Origin: an uncultured Verrucomicrobiae bacterium
GTDB lineage: Bacteria; Verrucomicrobiota; Verrucomicrobiia; Chthoniobacterales; UBA10450
Length of the DNA: 64,000 nucleotides
Assembly: GCA_963815455.1 (NCBI GenBank)
Contig: CAWFGO010000002.1
Span: 224,001-288,000 of the forward strand
Direction of reading: 5' to 3'
Shown here: in pieces, positions 39,436 to 49,320 of the stretch
How positions within the stretch are numbered: the first letter of the stretch is position 1
How the letters are laid out: every line of letters starts with the position of its first letter
The notes under the pieces: model-generated
The model's input: only the letters and a program-made list of their open reading frames with translations
Databases searched by the model: none
What the model was told of the DNA's origin: nothing
Position numbers and translations under genes: made by a program

Positions 39436-41472
39436 ATGAAATGGCTCTCCGCGGGATTAACTTTCGTAAATCTCTCGACCGTTTTCGGCTTGATCCTGGG
39501 AATAATCGGGGACGGCTTGAGCGTGACCGTGGCAGTGACTTCTCTCGCTTTGGGCGGATTGATTGCAGCCGCGGCTTACATTCAAACATCCGATCCCGAG
39601 GCCAATAGCAGCGCCGGCGGAGCGCCTGACCCGCAACCTGCCAGGCAAGACGCTCGTCTTTCCAAGCGCGCACTGCGCCGGTTGCAAAAAGACTCACCGG
39701 AACCGCCGTCGACCGGCGTCTGGCGTTACAAAAATATTTCGCTCTGGCTGGTCGGAGCCTGTTTTTTCCTCTTCGCGGCCCGTTCGTTTTGCTGGTTAAT
39801 CTATGTCGACGGCAACGACCTCCGGGTTCAATCGCCCAACAACTTGGGCGATCTCGCGTTGCACATCACTTACATCAGAAATTTTGCCAGCGGCGTTCCC
39901 CTCTGGCCCGACAACCCGATTTACGTTTATAGCAAACTGCGATACCCAGCCGGCATTGACATCTTTAACGCGCTGCTCTGCAAAGCGAATGTCGATCTTA
40001 TTCCGGGCCTGATCTGGGTCGGACTACTCGCGTCGGTTGCAACCTGTTATGCGTTTTGGCGCTGGGGCGGCGCGTTCGGCATCGCCGCGTTTCTCTTCAA
40101 CGGCGGGTTGGCTGGGTTCGAGTTCTTGAAGAATTTCAAATTCGCCGATTACCAGGGCGGTCCGGCGATTGCCTGGAAAAGCATTCCGCTCACCATGTTC
40201 GTGACTCAGCGCGGTCTTCTTTACGCCATTCCCGCGGGACTGCTCCTCCTCTGGCATTGGCGCGAAAAATTCTTTTGCAATGCTGTAGCCGGGGGCGCCG
40301 ACCCCGGCCTCCCTATGGCGTCTTCAACCGGCGATATTGAGGGCAACCCGGCCGCGGTCAGCGCCCGCGGCTACAGTCCGCTGCCGTTTTGGCTCGAGTT
40401 ATCTCTCTACGCCTCGATGCCGCTCTTCCATTTCCACACCTTCCTTGCCCTTAGCATTGTTTTGTTCCTCTTGTTCGTTTTTGAATGTTCTTTGTTCGCT
40501 ATCGAGTTTGTTCGTAAGCGCGGTGTTACTGGAGCGCGTACTGCAGGCGACGCTCAAGCCAAACTGCCGATCAGCAAACATCTGCTGATTTTGGTTGGTT
40601 GCGCTTTGATTCCCGCGACCTTCTTTGTTTGGCTGATCACCGATCATTTTCACGCAGGCTCGGTGGTCGGCTGGGCGCCAGGCTGGGTCCAAGCGCTCAA
40701 AGGCGACGCGATGGCTCGTCCGTTCGTCTCATTTTGGTTCGTAAATTTCGGTCTGTGGCTTCCGCTCGTTCTGACATACGTCGGCTTGCTCTGCTGGCGA
40801 GTTTGGAAAACGGGCATCCCGAAAGAAATGCCGGAAGACCTCGCATTTGTCGGGTCGGCCGTGGCGATTTTTCTAATCACGTTCTTCTTCAAGCTGGCGC
40901 CATGGGGCTGGGATAACACCAAGCTGCTGATCTGGGCCTATTTCATCGTCCTGCCGTTCTTGTGGCGGGATCTGATCGCCGAATGGTCGGTTCCGGTGCG
41001 CGCGGCCATTTGCATCGCCCTCTTCGGTTCCGGATTCGTTAGTGTGACCGGCGGCCTTGCCGCGGGACGCCCCGGCTTTGGATTCGCCAATCGCCAGGAG
41101 CTGGACGCAGTGGGCGATGCGGTGCGGTCGCTGCCGGTCCAAGCGCGGTTTGCCGCGTTTCCGACCTACAATCATCCGCTCCTGCTGCAAGGTAGAAAAC
41201 TCGTGATGGGTTACCCGGGACATCTTTGGACACAAGGCTTCGACGATTACGCGGCCACGCAAAACGAGCTTCGCGAAGTCATGCAAGGTGGCCGCAACTG
41301 GCGAGAAACCGCGCATCGCCTGGGTGTTCGCTACATTTTTTGGGGACGCGAGGAGGAACTCAACTACCCCATGAGCGCGCGACCGTGGCAACGCACCGCC
41401 CTGCGGGTCAAATCGGGCAAAGACTGGGGCACGATCTACGATCTGGAGCCGATATCGGTGATCGGCGATTAG
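39436..41472 (+). CDS. Polytopic membrane protein, probable GT-C-fold glycosyltransferase
   Basis: GDLALH..I..F, L.YP..D, QR..L, H.HTF, P..WDNTK, .GYPGHLWTQG, GVRYIFWG. Confidence 0.6.
   Translation: MKWLSAGLTFVNLSTVFGLILGIIGDGLSVTVAVTSLALGGLIAAAAYIQTSDPEANSSAGGAPDPQPARQDARLSKRALRRLQKDSPEPPSTGVWRYKNISLWLVGACFFLFAARSFCWLIYVDGNDLRVQSPNNLGDLALHITYIRNFASGVPLWPDNPIYVYSKLRYPAGIDIFNALLCKANVDLIPGLIWVGLLASVATCYAFWRWGGAFGIAAFLFNGGLAGFEFLKNFKFADYQGGPAIAWKSIPLTMFVTQRGLLYAIPAGLLLLWHWREKFFCNAVAGGADPGLPMASSTGDIEGNPAAVSARGYSPLPFWLELSLYASMPLFHFHTFLALSIVLFLLFVFECSLFAIEFVRKRGVTGARTAGDAQAKLPISKHLLILVGCALIPATFFVWLITDHFHAGSVVGWAPGWVQALKGDAMARPFVSFWFVNFGLWLPLVLTYVGLLCWRVWKTGIPKEMPEDLAFVGSAVAIFLITFFFKLAPWGWDNTKLLIWAYFIVLPFLWRDLIAEWSVPVRAAICIALFGSGFVSVTGGLAAGRPGFGFANRQELDAVGDAVRSLPVQARFAAFPTYNHPLLLQGRKLVMGYPGHLWTQGFDDYAATQNELREVMQGGRNWRETAHRLGVRYIFWGREEELNYPMSARPWQRTALRVKSGKDWGTIYDLEPISVIGD
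40284..40375. repeat. Family B REP-like inverted pair inside an intact ORF
   Basis: TGTAGCCGGGGGCGCCGACCCCGGC and GCCGCGGTCAGCGCCCGCGGCTACA. Confidence 0.9.
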
Positions 41473-41918
41473 CTGTTCGCTTTCGCTCTGCTCAAAACCA
41501 ATTCACCTTCGGCGACGCGTTTACCATCGATATCGGCGCTGACCCGGAATTGCAGGAGGTCGCCCATCTCGGCGATCTTCTCCGCGCGCAGGTTGATCCG
41601 TTGCTCCGGCCGGATCGCGTGAAAAAATTTCATGTTCCGGATCCCAGAGAGCAAGAAAAAGGGCGGCGAATCGATTGGGTGGGCGGATGCAGCAGCAATG
41701 CCCGCCGTTTGAGCGAGGGCTTCGGTCAGGATCACGCCCGGGACGAGCGGATTCCCGGGGAAGTGTCCGGCGAACATCGGATCGTCGGTTGGAAAAAACG
41801 TAACGCACTCTGCCGAATGGCCCGGCTCGCAGGTCACCAGTTCTCGGACAAAAACAAACGGCACCCGGTGCGGTAAGCAATCCAAATGATCAGCCCGCTT
41901 TTGCTCGTCACTGGTCAC
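41469..41918 (-). CDS. FabZ/FabA-like hot-dog dehydratase
   Basis: LPHRVPFVFV, FAGHFPGNPLVPGV..EALAQ. Confidence 0.88.
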   Translation of the reverse strand: MTSDEQKRADHLDCLPHRVPFVFVRELVTCEPGHSAECVTFFPTDDPMFAGHFPGNPLVPGVILTEALAQTAGIAAASAHPIDSPPFFLLSGIRNMKFFHAIRPEQRINLRAEKIAEMGDLLQFRVSADIDGKRVAEGELVLSRAKANS

Positions 41919-41936
41919 TCGACACTCGTCACTTCC

Positions 41937-42419
41937 TCATGGCCCGTTTACGAAATAAGCGAACTTCCAGCTGCCGTTGATCCGGCGAATGCCGGCGCGG
42001 TAACCGTCGTAGTTCAGCGATTCCTCGGAGAATTGAACCGGCGCGACCATGTAGCCTTTATACTTAACGAATTTTTCCGAGAGAATGCCCTGCAACTCGG
42101 GCCAGAGTCCCTGTTCATCCCAGTATTGAAAAACACCAGGACCCTCCGCAGTGGCTTCAAGGCCTTCCATCTTAGGTTCCAACTTGTAACCAAAATCCGA
42201 GGTCATCATCGATTTGAGCGTGCCGATATCGTGGGCAGAGGCCGCCTTGCGCAGCCGGCCGATAAACGCCTGAAAATCGAGATCGGTATCTTCCTCGCGC
42301 AGCTTCGCTTTCGCCTTTTTGGTCAGCGCGGCTTTCTTGTCCTTTTCTCTTTTGGCAGCGCTCTTGCAACCGGTCAGGGCAATGGCCAACACAAGCAGAA
42401 TCGAAGCGATGATTCTCAT
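41937..42419 (-). CDS. Hypothetical lipoprotein
   Basis: Lipobox ALTGC. Confidence 0.75.
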   Translation of the reverse strand: MRIIASILLVLAIALTGCKSAAKREKDKKAALTKKAKAKLREEDTDLDFQAFIGRLRKAASAHDIGTLKSMMTSDFGYKLEPKMEGLEATAEGPGVFQYWDEQGLWPELQGILSEKFVKYKGYMVAPVQFSEESLNYDGYRAGIRRINGSWKFAYFVNGP

Positions 42420-42452
42420 CCAGCTACCTTGTGTCACGTTTGTGATTTCGAT

Positions 42453-43235
42453 TCAAGAGCGACTTGCGGGCAGCGGCGATTGGCCACAATCGGTCCGAGC
42501 TGCGTCCGGTTGTCCGGTCGGGCGATGCTGATGCCTCCGAAACGGATGGGCCAGGAAAATAAAATAGATCGCGCTGAAGACATCGACAATCGAGGCAGCC
42601 GGGCTGGTCAGCCGCATCGGCCCGGTCCGGAGCGCATCGAATACATTTTCGGCGGTTAATTCACGTGGTCGCGGGATGCTGGTGTAATGCCGGCCGAAAG
42701 CGTGGAGCCGGTGGGCATCGGAGGTGGCGATCATTGGTTTGCCGTGAGTCCGTGCCACCTTTTTCGCCCGGCGATTCGGATTCAAAAGAGGGTTATGAAA
42801 ATGACATTGCTCGATCGCGTCGAAACAATCCATCTCGTCAAACAACCTGGACCCGATCGATCCTCCCAGAATGTAAAAGGGATGCGGCGCGATGGTGAAC
42901 ATCGACAGCCCGCGCCGGGCTCGCAGCCGTCGCAGATCGTCAAAATTCTTGAGCCAGGCGATTTCGTCTGGAGTCACGTTGAGCACAATCACGTCGGCGC
43001 CTTGCAGCCGCACTTCGGCCGCGGGAATCAGCAGGATTCCCATTTTCTCGGCATCGGCAAAAACTTCCGGTCGATCGAAGACCGCGTCGTGCAAAGTGAT
43101 GGCGAGCACCCCGAAGCCCAGGTCGCGGGCGCGTTCGAGCAATTGATACGCGGAATAATCGATCACGTCCTTGGGATCGTCGAGGGTGTGAATGTGCAAG
43201 TCGACCTTTATCCAATCTTCCGTTTTCTCTTTCAT
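42453..43235 (-). CDS. PHP-domain phosphoesterase
   Basis: DLHIHT, AITLHD, APHPF, SDAH. Confidence 0.88.
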   Translation of the reverse strand: MKEKTEDWIKVDLHIHTLDDPKDVIDYSAYQLLERARDLGFGVLAITLHDAVFDRPEVFADAEKMGILLIPAAEVRLQGADVIVLNVTPDEIAWLKNFDDLRRLRARRGLSMFTIAPHPFYILGGSIGSRLFDEMDCFDAIEQCHFHNPLLNPNRRAKKVARTHGKPMIATSDAHRLHAFGRHYTSIPRPRELTAENVFDALRTGPMRLTSPAASIVDVFSAIYFIFLAHPFRRHQHRPTGQPDAARTDCGQSPLPASRS

Positions 43236-43448
43236 ATTTCTGCTCACCTGTCCCGCCGTAGCCTTGGCGAAGGCGGATGCTCATGCTCGTAATCGAAATT
43301 TAACCGCGGATTGCGCGGATTTCACGGATCAATCAGCACATTGAACGCCAACTCCTGTAGCGGCGGTCTCCGACCGCCGATTCGAGCAGGAGCAGGACGG
43401 AAAGAGACTTGCCAGAACGCGTGGTCTGCAGAAGAGTTCGTACGCATC

Positions 43449-43501
43449 ACACGCTCGGGTGGTGGAATGGCCCGCCTTCGCCAAGGCTACGGCGCGGCAG
43501 A
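43449..43501 (+). pseudogene. Duplicated 5' fragment of tRNA-Leu interrupted by a family A micro-element
   Basis: ACACGCTCGGGTGGTGGAATGGC identical at 43449-43471 and 43554-43576. Confidence 0.75.
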
Positions 43502-43557
43502 AGAACTTGAAAGCGGTTGCAGGTCAAGATCGATAATTTACCTTAAGCGACTTACAC

Positions 43558-43641
43558 GCTCGGGTGGTGGAATGGCAGACACGTACGTTTGAGGGGCGTA
43601 TGCCGAAAGGCATGCGGGTTCAAGTCCCGCCCCGAGCACCA
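43558..43641 (+). tRNA. tRNA-Leu(GAG)
   Basis: Acceptor GCTCGGG/CCCGAGC, anticodon arm TACGT-TTGAGGG-GCGTA, long variable arm, GTTCAAG T-loop, encoded CCA. Confidence 0.97.
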
Positions 43642-43882
43642 CTGCCGCGTTCCGCGGCGGAAATCCCAAATCCCAACCTCCAACCTCCAAGCAGCTTCGA
43701 GCAGCCCGCCGGCGCAGATCGCGGTCTTCTCCGAAACACATCGGCAGGCTGCCGATGCCACAACCAGAATTTCCTTCGTTACCTTCGTTTCCTTCTGTAA
43801 AAAGCAGTCCGGTTCGCAGATTCGCGCATCCGTCGATGTTTGATTGAAACCTGGCGCCGAACCATCGATTATCGGCGCCGCA

Positions 43883-44653
43883 ATGAAATCCAAGGCCGAC
43901 ATCGTGGCCAATTGGCTGCCCCGCTATACCGGCACCGCCGCGAAAGATTTTTCCAAATATGTGCTGTTGGTGAATTTCACCAACTACGTGGCCCGGTTCG
44001 CCCAGTGGCATAAGGTCCAGGTGCGCGGAATGGATCGACCGATGCCGAATGCCACCGCTAACGGAATCACCATCCTCAACTTCGGGATGGGCAGCGCCGG
44101 CGCCGCCACCGTGATGGACCTGCTCAGTGCGGTCCGGCCCAAGGCCGTGTTGTTGCTTGGAAAATGCGGCGGGTTAAAACGAAAGAACAAGCTGGGCGAT
44201 CTTATTCTTCCCATTGCCGCCATTCGCGGAGAGGGCGCATCGAACGATTATTTTCCACCGGAAGTTCCCGCTCTCCCAGCCTTCTCACTGCAAAAAGCCA
44301 TTTCCACCACGATCCGGAATTACGGGCGTGATTATTGGACAGGCACGATTTACACGACCAATCGCCGGGTATGGGAACACGACGAAGCGTTCAAGAAGTA
44401 TCTGGCCAAGATTCGATGCATGGGGATCGACATGGAAACGGCAACGATCTTCACCACCGGTTTCCACAACGAAATCCCGTCCGGCGCGCTTCTCCTGGTA
44501 TCGGACCAGCCGATGGTGCCGGAGGGCGTGAAAACAGCGGCCAGCGACGAAATGGTGACGCGCAAGTTCATGGATGTTCATTTGCGAATCGGGATCGATT
44601 CGCTTCGCGAGCTGATCAATCACGGCCAGACGGTTAAGCATTTGCGGTTTTAG
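43883..44653 (+). CDS. amn: AMP nucleosidase (short form)
   Basis: NWLPRYTG, NFGMGS, LGKCGGL, AIRGEG, RRVWEHD, DMETAT. Confidence 0.9.
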   Translation: MKSKADIVANWLPRYTGTAAKDFSKYVLLVNFTNYVARFAQWHKVQVRGMDRPMPNATANGITILNFGMGSAGAATVMDLLSAVRPKAVLLLGKCGGLKRKNKLGDLILPIAAIRGEGASNDYFPPEVPALPAFSLQKAISTTIRNYGRDYWTGTIYTTNRRVWEHDEAFKKYLAKIRCMGIDMETATIFTTGFHNEIPSGALLLVSDQPMVPEGVKTAASDEMVTRKFMDVHLRIGIDSLRELINHGQTVKHLRF

Positions 44654-44681
44654 GACCCAGCTTCAACGCCCATTCGCTCCG

Positions 44682-44801
44682 AGGTGGAACGCGATCTCCG
44701 AGCGCGCCTGCCACGGCGTAGCCTGGACGAATGCGGGTTGTTATCTAAATGCGGCTTCGCCGCCTGACTTTAGCATCGAGCCCGGAGGTCTCGATCCACC
44801 T
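44682..44801. repeat. GGTGG...CCACC element (family F) carrying a 31-bp family A insertion
   Basis: Aligns with 60962-61047 except for 44707-44737. Confidence 0.85.
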
Positions 44802-44868
44802 TCTGTTGCCAGTGCCTTCGTTAACTTCGTTACCTTCGTTACCTTCTGTTCGAAACAGACCGGTTCGA

Positions 44869-47800
44869 TTAACCCTGTTTCCAGCCATTCCCGTTTCCGT
44901 CGGGCGCAATCGCAGGAACGAGCTCCGGAGTAGCATCGACATCTTCGTCGACTCCCTCCACATCCGCATCCATCAACGATCCTTCGTGATGCGTTTTGGC
45001 GATGAGCATGTAGAGCGAAGGCACGATAAACAACGTGAAGATCGTCCCGATTGTCATCCCTCCCACCAGAACAAGACCGATCGAGTTTCGCGCCGCCGCG
45101 CCCGCGCCGCTCACCATTGTAAGTGGAAAGTGACCGGCCACGGTTGCTACGCTGGTCATCATGATTGGCCGCAAACGAATCCGGGCCGCTTGGGCGACCG
45201 CGTCGAGTTTGCTGAGGCCCTGTCGTTGGAGCTCATTCGCGAATTGCACGATGAGGATTCCGTTCTTGGAAACGAGACCCACCAGGGTAACCAAGCCGAC
45301 CTGCGAATAAATGTTGAGCGTCGTCGTCCAGCCGTTTGTAAAAAACGGCATCGGCGCGGGCATTTTCAAGAACGTGAACAGAAGCGCGCCAAACATTGCC
45401 AGCGGAACGGAGCCGAGCAGGATGATAAACGGATCGCGAAAACTGTTGAACTGGGCGGCCAGGACCAAAAAGATCAACACCACGGCAAGCGCAAACGCGG
45501 GCAGGAATTTGTTTCCTTCGGTCCGCAGTTGACGGGAGTCGCCCGTGTAATCGAGCACGTAACCTTTGGGCAGGATCTTGTGCGCTTCGTCCTCCAGAAA
45601 CTTGAGGGCGGTGTCGAGTGGTTGCCCGGAGACTCCACTAATCGTAACGGCGTTCAGTTGCTGCATGCGATTGAGCGATCGCGCGACCGTCTTTCGCCTT
45701 AAAGTCGCCACCGTGCTCAGCGGAACCAACTGATTGTTCGGCCCCGTCACGTAAATGTCCTTCAATTGCTCCGGATTGAGACGATCCACCCGTTTAATCT
45801 GCGGAATCACCTTGTAACTCCGCCCTTCGATGTTGAAACGATTCACGAAATTGCCGCCGATGCTGGCAGCCAGATCAGCCCCCACCTGTTGCATATCGAG
45901 TCCAAGCGCCGCCACTTTGTCGTGATCGAACACGATTTCGGTTTGCGGTTGATCGATCTTGGTATCGATCTGGGGCGGGAAAAAGAACATGCCGCTCTTC
46001 ATCGCTTTCAATTGAATCTGCTTGGCGAACTCCAAAATGCGCTGCGGATCCGCGGTCGATGCAATGACAAAGCTCACCGGGAAACTGTCTCCGCCGGGCA
46101 ACGCGGAGGGCATCACCGGAAACATTTGAATGCCCGGAATGGCAGAGAGTTTTTTCTGCACGACCGGCAGATATGCCGATGTCTTCGTCGTGCGCACACC
46201 CCACGGCTTCAACACCATGCCTCCAAAACCGCCGTCCGGATTGGTGATTTGAAATGTGAAGCGCGTGTCGGGGATGCTAAGGAAGACTTTCCCGGCTGCG
46301 TCGGCATAACGAATGGTGTCGTCGATCGTTGCATTCGCCGGCGCGGTCATGATGCCAAAGATAACGCCCTGATCTTCAGTCGGAGCCGGTTCGCTCGGCG
46401 ACATTTTATAGAACAACACTGCCAGGATCGACAATCCGATCCATACCGTGTAAACCGCCGGGCGCGCCGCCAACGTGCGATCGAGATGGCTGCCGTACCA
46501 ATCACGGAACCGGTCGAAGGTGCGATTGACGAAACCGCTAAAGCCATGGTCGACGTGCTCGGTCCGCAGCAGATGGGCCGACATCATGGGCGAAAGCGTC
46601 AGCGCGACTACACCGGAAATGAAAACGGCTCCGGCGAGAGTCAGAGCAAATTCGCGGAAGAGCGCACCCGTTAGTCCACCTTGCAAAGCGATTGGCGTAT
46701 ACACCGCCGCCAACGTGATCGTCATTGCGATAATCGGTCCGATTAATTCTCGCGCGCCTTTCAGCGCGGCGTTCATGCGCGTCATCCCTTCGCGAATGTG
46801 TCGCTCGACGTTCTCCACCACCACGATCGCATCGTCCACCACCAATCCGACCGAGAGCACAATGGCCAGCAGCGTTAGCAGATTCAGCGTGAATCCAAAG
46901 ACCTGCATGAGAAACAGCGCGCCGATCAGCGAGATCGGAATCGCCACGACCGGGACGACCACAGAGCGGAACGATCCCAGGAACAGGAAGATTACGATCA
47001 TCACGATGACCAGCGTGTCGATCAAAGTTTTTACAACCTCGTGGATCGCGTCGTTGATGTAGGCGGTGGCGTCGTAGGCGATCTGCCCCTTCATGCCGGT
47101 GGGCAATTCCTTTTGGATTTGCTCCATCTCCGCGCGAACCCGCTTGATCACGTCGATCGAGTTCGCGTTGGGCAATACCCAGATGCCCATGAATACGGCT
47201 TTCTGGCCGGAGAACCGGACCTCCGTGTTGTAATCTTCCGCGCCCAGAACGATGTCGGCGATATCGCTGAGTCGGACCAGATTTCCGTTCTCCCGACGAA
47301 TAACAAGTTTCTTGAAGTCATCCGCCGTGTGCAGATCGGTGTTGGCGGTCAGATTGACCTGAAGCAACGAACCTTTGGTGCTGCCGACCGCTGCCAGATA
47401 ATTGTTTCGAGCCAGCGCGCTCCGCACCTGCGCCGGACTCACATTCAATGCCGCCATCCGGTCCGGCTTCATCCAGATTCGCATGGCAAATGTGCGCCCG
47501 CCCAGGATGTCGGCCTTTTGCACGCCGCCGAGCGCAGTCAGCCGCGGCTGGACCAGGCGAACGAGATAATCTGTCACTTCGTTAGGCTGAAGAATGTCCG
47601 ATGTGAAACTCAAATATGCCGACGCGAACCGCGAGTCGGCCGCCTCGATGTTGATCACTGGAATTTCCGACTCCGGGGGCAGATCGCGCCGGATCGCATC
47701 CACTTTCGAACTGATGTCCGACAACGCCTTGTTGGCGTCGTAATTTAGTTTCAGACGAGCCGTGATCGTCGAAACACTCTGAGAGCTCTGCGATTGGATG

Positions 47801-48039
47801 TAATCGATTCCGTCCGCCGCAGCGATGGCGCGTTCCAGCGGTGTGGTAATAAATCCCCGAACCAGTTCCGCATCGGCGCCGACATAAACCGTCTTCACCG
47901 TGATGGCGGCGATGTCGCTGCGGGGATATTGCCGCACATTCAGGCTCTTCATCGCCTGCAACCCGGCAATCAGGATCACGAAGCTGACCACCATGGCCAG
48001 CACCGGGCGGCGAATGAAAAGATCGGTAAAAGATTTCAT
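44869..48039 (-). CDS. RND efflux transporter permease (AcrB family)
   Basis: FIRRPVLA, GLVVDDAIVVVEN, GLVSKNGILIV, RLRPIMMTS. Confidence 0.96.
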   Translation of the reverse strand: MKSFTDLFIRRPVLAMVVSFVILIAGLQAMKSLNVRQYPRSDIAAITVKTVYVGADAELVRGFITTPLERAIAAADGIDYIQSQSSQSVSTITARLKLNYDANKALSDISSKVDAIRRDLPPESEIPVINIEAADSRFASAYLSFTSDILQPNEVTDYLVRLVQPRLTALGGVQKADILGGRTFAMRIWMKPDRMAALNVSPAQVRSALARNNYLAAVGSTKGSLLQVNLTANTDLHTADDFKKLVIRRENGNLVRLSDIADIVLGAEDYNTEVRFSGQKAVFMGIWVLPNANSIDVIKRVRAEMEQIQKELPTGMKGQIAYDATAYINDAIHEVVKTLIDTLVIVMIVIFLFLGSFRSVVVPVVAIPISLIGALFLMQVFGFTLNLLTLLAIVLSVGLVVDDAIVVVENVERHIREGMTRMNAALKGARELIGPIIAMTITLAAVYTPIALQGGLTGALFREFALTLAGAVFISGVVALTLSPMMSAHLLRTEHVDHGFSGFVNRTFDRFRDWYGSHLDRTLAARPAVYTVWIGLSILAVLFYKMSPSEPAPTEDQGVIFGIMTAPANATIDDTIRYADAAGKVFLSIPDTRFTFQITNPDGGFGGMVLKPWGVRTTKTSAYLPVVQKKLSAIPGIQMFPVMPSALPGGDSFPVSFVIASTADPQRILEFAKQIQLKAMKSGMFFFPPQIDTKIDQPQTEIVFDHDKVAALGLDMQQVGADLAASIGGNFVNRFNIEGRSYKVIPQIKRVDRLNPEQLKDIYVTGPNNQLVPLSTVATLRRKTVARSLNRMQQLNAVTISGVSGQPLDTALKFLEDEAHKILPKGYVLDYTGDSRQLRTEGNKFLPAFALAVVLIFLVLAAQFNSFRDPFIILLGSVPLAMFGALLFTFLKMPAPMPFFTNGWTTTLNIYSQVGLVTLVGLVSKNGILIVQFANELQRQGLSKLDAVAQAARIRLRPIMMTSVATVAGHFPLTMVSGAGAAARNSIGLVLVGGMTIGTIFTLFIVPSLYMLIAKTHHEGSLMDADVEGVDEDVDATPELVPAIAPDGNGNGWKQG

Positions 48040-48147
48040 GTCGATCTTGGTGTGGCATCGGCATCTTGCCGATGAGGACATGCGCTGGAAGCGCATGCCG
48101 CTTCAGTCATTGTTTCGTCCTTCGTCATTCGTGCTTCGGGATTCACC

Positions 48148-49320
48148 TTATGAATCGACCGGCGTCGGATTCAGCTGAGGTTTGGGCGCGAGTTTGTTAT
48201 CGATCGTCACGGCCATCCCATTTCGCAGCTTGAAAACGCCCGTGCCGACGATTGTCTCCCCGGCTTTCAACCCTTGAGTGATTGAAACAAAATCGCCGCG
48301 AGCATCGCCCACGCGAACAAATTGCTGACGCAGTACCTGCGTTTCCTTGCCGGTCTTATCGTCCTTCTTCTTCTCGATTACATAAACGGAATCACCAAAC
48401 GGAGCGTAGGAAACCGCGCTTCCCGGGATAACCAGTGTCCGATTTTTCTCGGGCAGAATCACTTCTACTTTGGCAAACATTCCCGGACGCAGCGAGCGAT
48501 CGTGGTTTTCCAAAGTGGCCTGGACCGAAACATTTCGGGTGGCCATGTCCACCATCGAATTGATCGCGGTCAATTTCCCTTTGAACTCGCGACCCGACAG
48601 CGCATCGGTCCGCACTCGCACTTCCAATCCCTGCTCCAGTTGCGATAGATGCTGTTGCGGCAAAGCGAAATCGACATAAACCGGATCGAGCATTTGCAAC
48701 GGGACCACACGCTGTCCGGCGTTGATCATCTGGCCCACATTCACTTCGCGAATCCCAAGTTGTCCATCAAAAGGGGCATGCACTTCTTTTTTCACGATCA
48801 TCGAACGCATCTGATCGACCGTGGCTGCTTTTTGCTTGAACTTCGATTCCGCGGCATCGAGCTCGGCTTTCGAAATCACTTTGCGTGCCGCCAAATCGCG
48901 GGATCGATCCAAATCCTTCCGCGCTAATTCCACGTCGGCCTCGGCCGAATGCAATTGCGCTTCCTCCGCCGAAGCATCGAGCTTCATCAGGACGTCGCCC
49001 TTTTTTGCGGTGCCACCATTTTCGAAGTCAATCTCGCTAACAACTCCGGCGAGCTCGGCCGAAACCACCGCACCCTGCACCGCCGAAATACTGCCTACCG
49101 ACGAGAGCACCGGCGCCCAATCCTCTTCCTTGACCACCGCGCTGGTCACCGTTTCCACCTGAGCCGGTTGCGGCGCCCTGACCATGGTAACGATTTGAAG
49201 CGCCTTAATACTCACCACAAATAGAAAGATCCCGCCCAGGATCCACACGGCGATCCAGATCGGTCTCCGCTTCGATTTCACTTTGCCTTCCATTGAAACT
49301 TTTTTTGCCACGTCATGCAT
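48148..49320 (-). CDS. RND periplasmic adaptor (MFP)
   Basis: APFDG.LG, LRPGMF, RQQFV..G. Confidence 0.93.
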   Translation of the reverse strand: MHDVAKKVSMEGKVKSKRRPIWIAVWILGGIFLFVVSIKALQIVTMVRAPQPAQVETVTSAVVKEEDWAPVLSSVGSISAVQGAVVSAELAGVVSEIDFENGGTAKKGDVLMKLDASAEEAQLHSAEADVELARKDLDRSRDLAARKVISKAELDAAESKFKQKAATVDQMRSMIVKKEVHAPFDGQLGIREVNVGQMINAGQRVVPLQMLDPVYVDFALPQQHLSQLEQGLEVRVRTDALSGREFKGKLTAINSMVDMATRNVSVQATLENHDRSLRPGMFAKVEVILPEKNRTLVIPGSAVSYAPFGDSVYVIEKKKDDKTGKETQVLRQQFVRVGDARGDFVSITQGLKAGETIVGTGVFKLRNGMAVTIDNKLAPKPQLNPTPVDS

